Assembly: GCA_038496445.1 (NCBI GenBank)
Contig: JALMLS010000255.1
Location: forward strand, 248,001-312,000
Source of the DNA: Trichosphaerium sp. ATCC 40318
Taxonomy: Eukaryota; Protista; Tubulinea
Direction of reading: 5' to 3'
DNA length: 64,000 bases
Position 1 is the first letter of the stretch; every line of letters starts with the position of its first letter. The notes below the pieces were generated by a model. The model saw only the letters and a program-made list of their open reading frames with translations. It did no database searches and was not told the origin of the DNA. Position numbers and translations under genes: made by a program. Positions 60,704 through 64,000 of this stretch are shown piece by piece.

Positions 60704-63700
60704 ATGACCTCCTGGCGAGTGTCAGAAGGAGTTGTAGTGGGTACGTGCCAAATAGACGTTGTTTTCGTTTCTTTGTTCCTAACAGAGCTGGCTAGTTGTG
60801 TACCCGTACAAGGGCGAAAAAACACACCACATTGCACTCAAATTTGGGGACCTAGTGCGCCTTCAAGAAGAAACCGCCGATGGCGGTTGGTACAAGGGCG
60901 AGGTCATTAAAACCAAGCAAAGGGGTGTATTTCCTGCAAGTTTTGTTCAACGTACACGGAAGGTAGAACCAGTAATGGTCGAGCTTAGGGAAGCTATTCG
61001 CGAATGGAACAAGTTAATGAAGGATTTGTTTATGGCACGCTCCATTTCAAGCACTATGCATAATTTTGGCCAAATCCGCAATTAAACGCTTATTCAACGT
61101 AACAGGCACGAAAAACAGCAAAATACAAGCAAGTCAGTCACAGAATTGGCGTACTGCTCACTTGGTATCGGAAAATGACAAATACACCCAGTGGCGTAAG
61201 GCACATGCCATTTGTATTATTTTCTTATCATTTAATAGCGTGAAGCCGAGCGAATAAAGGCGTTAGTGGCTGATAAAATAGAAGAGGCAACTATTTTTTT
61301 TTTGTTTCTCTTTTTCTGCTGGCCATCAGCCCTCCAGTTAACAATCCTATAGGGTAGAAGACTTATGGGATTAGACATGATGGTACGTACGCCATCAGGA
61401 GATGCTGCAACAGAGGTGAACACGCCCATCATCGAGTTGTACAAGCTGGTAAGTGCCGATCTATCAATATCATAATTTTTTGCACATGTCAATCTTTTGT
61501 TCTCTATGTCAGTACACTGATATAAATTTTTTTTATAGCATAGGACATTTAAAGAAAAAGCGTCTCATAGTTTAAACCAAGAGAAGCCTGAAATCAGTGC
61601 GTGTTGTTTTAGTGCGTGAATTCAAATAATAATTCATTTTCCCTTTGTAGCACCTACATCAATACGTCACATGTTCTTCCATCGACTTGTGTTAAATAAG
61701 AAAAACTCCAAAAGAAGTAAAAAGACTAGGTTTGGTGGACCTAGGAGACACTTGCTGTTGGAACTGAAGACGCTTATGTTCAAAGCCGGAGAACCTACTG
61801 AACAGACTGAACTTTTTTTCAGCTTGTATAGCCTCTCCAAAGCACAAATGCTAACGGAGCCATACCAATTAGTGTTGACACAACAAGGTATGCCCGTAGA
61901 CGAGAACAAACTAAACAATATGCGAACTATCTTTGAGGTACATAGCTCCTTCCTTCATAAAAAGAGCATGAGAAAAAGGTAACATTATTATAGGACGTAA
62001 CGCACAAAGAACTTCTCTCAGATATTTGGATTGTATGCCGTGTTGTAAGGGCAGGGTCACTGCTAGGTAAAAGTACATCGAAAAAGACAAAAGAGTCAAA
62101 GCAAGCACTAGTGCGCATGCCGTTTGCATGTGGTGTACTCAATCTAGGAACAGGTAATGACATATTTTACTGAGTACATTCATCCAACTAAAGGACATTG
62201 TAGCATCACTAAAGCTCAAAGAAACAGAGAATAATATCGGTCTATATGCCTGTAAAGATGATCAGTTCTGGAATTTGCATGAATGTACGACCCAAAGTGC
62301 TTGTTATCAGCGCATTCAAGGTTTGCTCACATTTATCCTAGTTATTATAAAGAAACAAAATACAGCAACACAAGGAAACAAAACACAACGCAGCAAAGAA
62401 CCAAAAATTACAGAGTTACCAAATAAGGTATATAGAGCGCACTTTATCAGAACAGGGAAAACAGATTGCTAAACTATGGTTTAGGGACTATGCCTTGGCT
62501 TGACTATAATAAACGGAGAGCTTAGCCAATGGAAGGGTGCCAAGGCCAAAATATGCACAACAAGAAGGCTCAGTACGTTTTTTGTTTATGACTTCTCTTA
62601 TGTTTAAATAACAACTAATTCAAAAAACCAGAGCCTGTTTTGAATCCAGAAGGCTATGTTGGTCGTAATGATCTGTATGTTTCGGTTCCTGAGGTAGTGT
62701 TTGGTGCAAGTGGTGCTCCTAGAAACATTGAATTGACGATTCAAGTCAGACAAGCCAATGGCAAGGTAAGATAAGATTGAATCTGACATGATCTGTTAAT
62801 GGTGACTAATTTTACTGGCAGATTGTAGACGGCGCAATCGTTACTGGAGTTGGGGAAGCAAAATCCTCAGAATACAAATCGTGGATAGTGCATCACAGCA
62901 ACCAGCCCAAGTGGGGAGAGGTTGTTCGTATAACCATACCGCCTTCCATGTTTCAACATTGCCATCTATTTCTCTCTTTTCGCCACTGTACATCCCATAA
63001 AGGCACGTTACATCCTTTTATCTAGATTATGTCTAACGTATTGAACCAGATAAGGAGAAAGATAACTTTGCGTTTGGTTTCATTCGTCTCACCAACCCAG
63101 ATGGCCATGCCCTTGAGGTACGAAGTTACAACATCCTCTGCTATCCATAACCAGTATGTAGGACGGCGTGCGCAGTGTTGAGGCGTACAAATTTGCAAAA
63201 GGGGTAGATGCTAACTCCAAATCAAAAGCATTTTGGTTGAATGCAAAGGCACTTACTGCTAGTACGCTCTAATGGTAAATACCTACACGTGTGTTTATTT
63301 TTTTTATTAGATGATGATAAAAAAGGCAAAGTTCAATTGCGTAAGGGCGATAGTATCTCTATACAAACAAAACTTGTGTCTGCCTCAATCACGCAAAACA
63401 GTACGCTCACATATATCGATCAGTATTGTATGCTAATTGGTTTAAGATTGGCTACACTTGCTCTTACGTTGGGAAACATTAACACCTGCCAAACTCGAAG
63501 TTGTTTTGGGTAGGCTGACATTTATAGGCATCAATGAGATTGTCAAGGTGCGTAATCAACTATTAATCGCATAGTGAAGATTAATCAATGTATCCATAGT
63601 TCCTACCTGACGTTTTCAACGCAATGTTTTCTATTTTAGAGAAAGGACGAAACAAGTTTGCCTCATTAATGTGCGATCACAGCCACTCTTTAACTTCAAC

Positions 63701-64000
63701 TCACCTTTTCTAAAGCGTCACACCACTTACCAATATTATTGGTATTTTGGTTGACACAAAAAAGAATGAAGTGTCCCAAGCAAATCGCCTTGCACTAGAT
63801 GCATATATTCAACACATCTTCCCTGGAAAGGAGGTTCATGCAGATAAGCTAGTGCGCGCATTGGGCAGTACATTTGCTGGCTATACTCAACGAAAAGTGG
63901 GAGACATAATTAAGATGATAAAGGCCTTTGAGTATATCATTAGATTTATTGTGAGAGCACGTTCTTTGACGAACTCTCTGCAGTCTGCAGGTACAAAGAT
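60704..64000 (+). CDS. DOCK-family GEF (SH3, DOCK_N, C2/DHR-1), partial
   Basis: SH3 GGWYKG...GVFPASFV, LREAIREWN, GRRLMGLDMMVR, RNDLYV, ARNIELTI, HHSNQPKWGE, HLFLSFRHC, EIVKFLPDVFNAMF. Confidence 0.92.

Overview
Gene-dense eukaryotic (protist-like, Amoebozoa-type gene content) DNA with many short (~40-60 nt) spliceosomal introns, so the ORF track shows only fragments. I rebuilt about 26 genes by hand-splicing, and boundaries are approximate. Housekeeping/signalling genes: histidine phosphatase, two DH-PH RhoGEFs, sphingosine-1-phosphate lyase, TCTP, proteasome beta1, DnaJA, a Qa-SNARE, cyclin B, SETD9-like, Sin3, an LRR receptor-like protein, a desaturase-like protein and a partial DOCK. A CpG-depleted island of decayed DNA transposons lies at ~10.8-17.2 kb, including a Harbinger/ISL2EU-type transposase with SWIM and Tudor-like domains. 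Most notable: (1) three paralogs of an uncharacterised ~70-aa-repeat protein, two ending in a PD-(D/E)XK/RAP-like nuclease domain, with repeat units delimited by phase-2 introns; (2) a 43.7-53.3 kb neighbourhood with RtcB2, a zinc-finger TUTase, a stand-alone Rnl1/Trl1-like RNA ligase and one repeat-nuclease gene, possibly an RNA break/repair module; (3) an intron-containing DUF3990-like ADP-ribosyltransferase-fold gene; (4) frequent GC-AG introns. All family calls come from motif recognition, not database searches.
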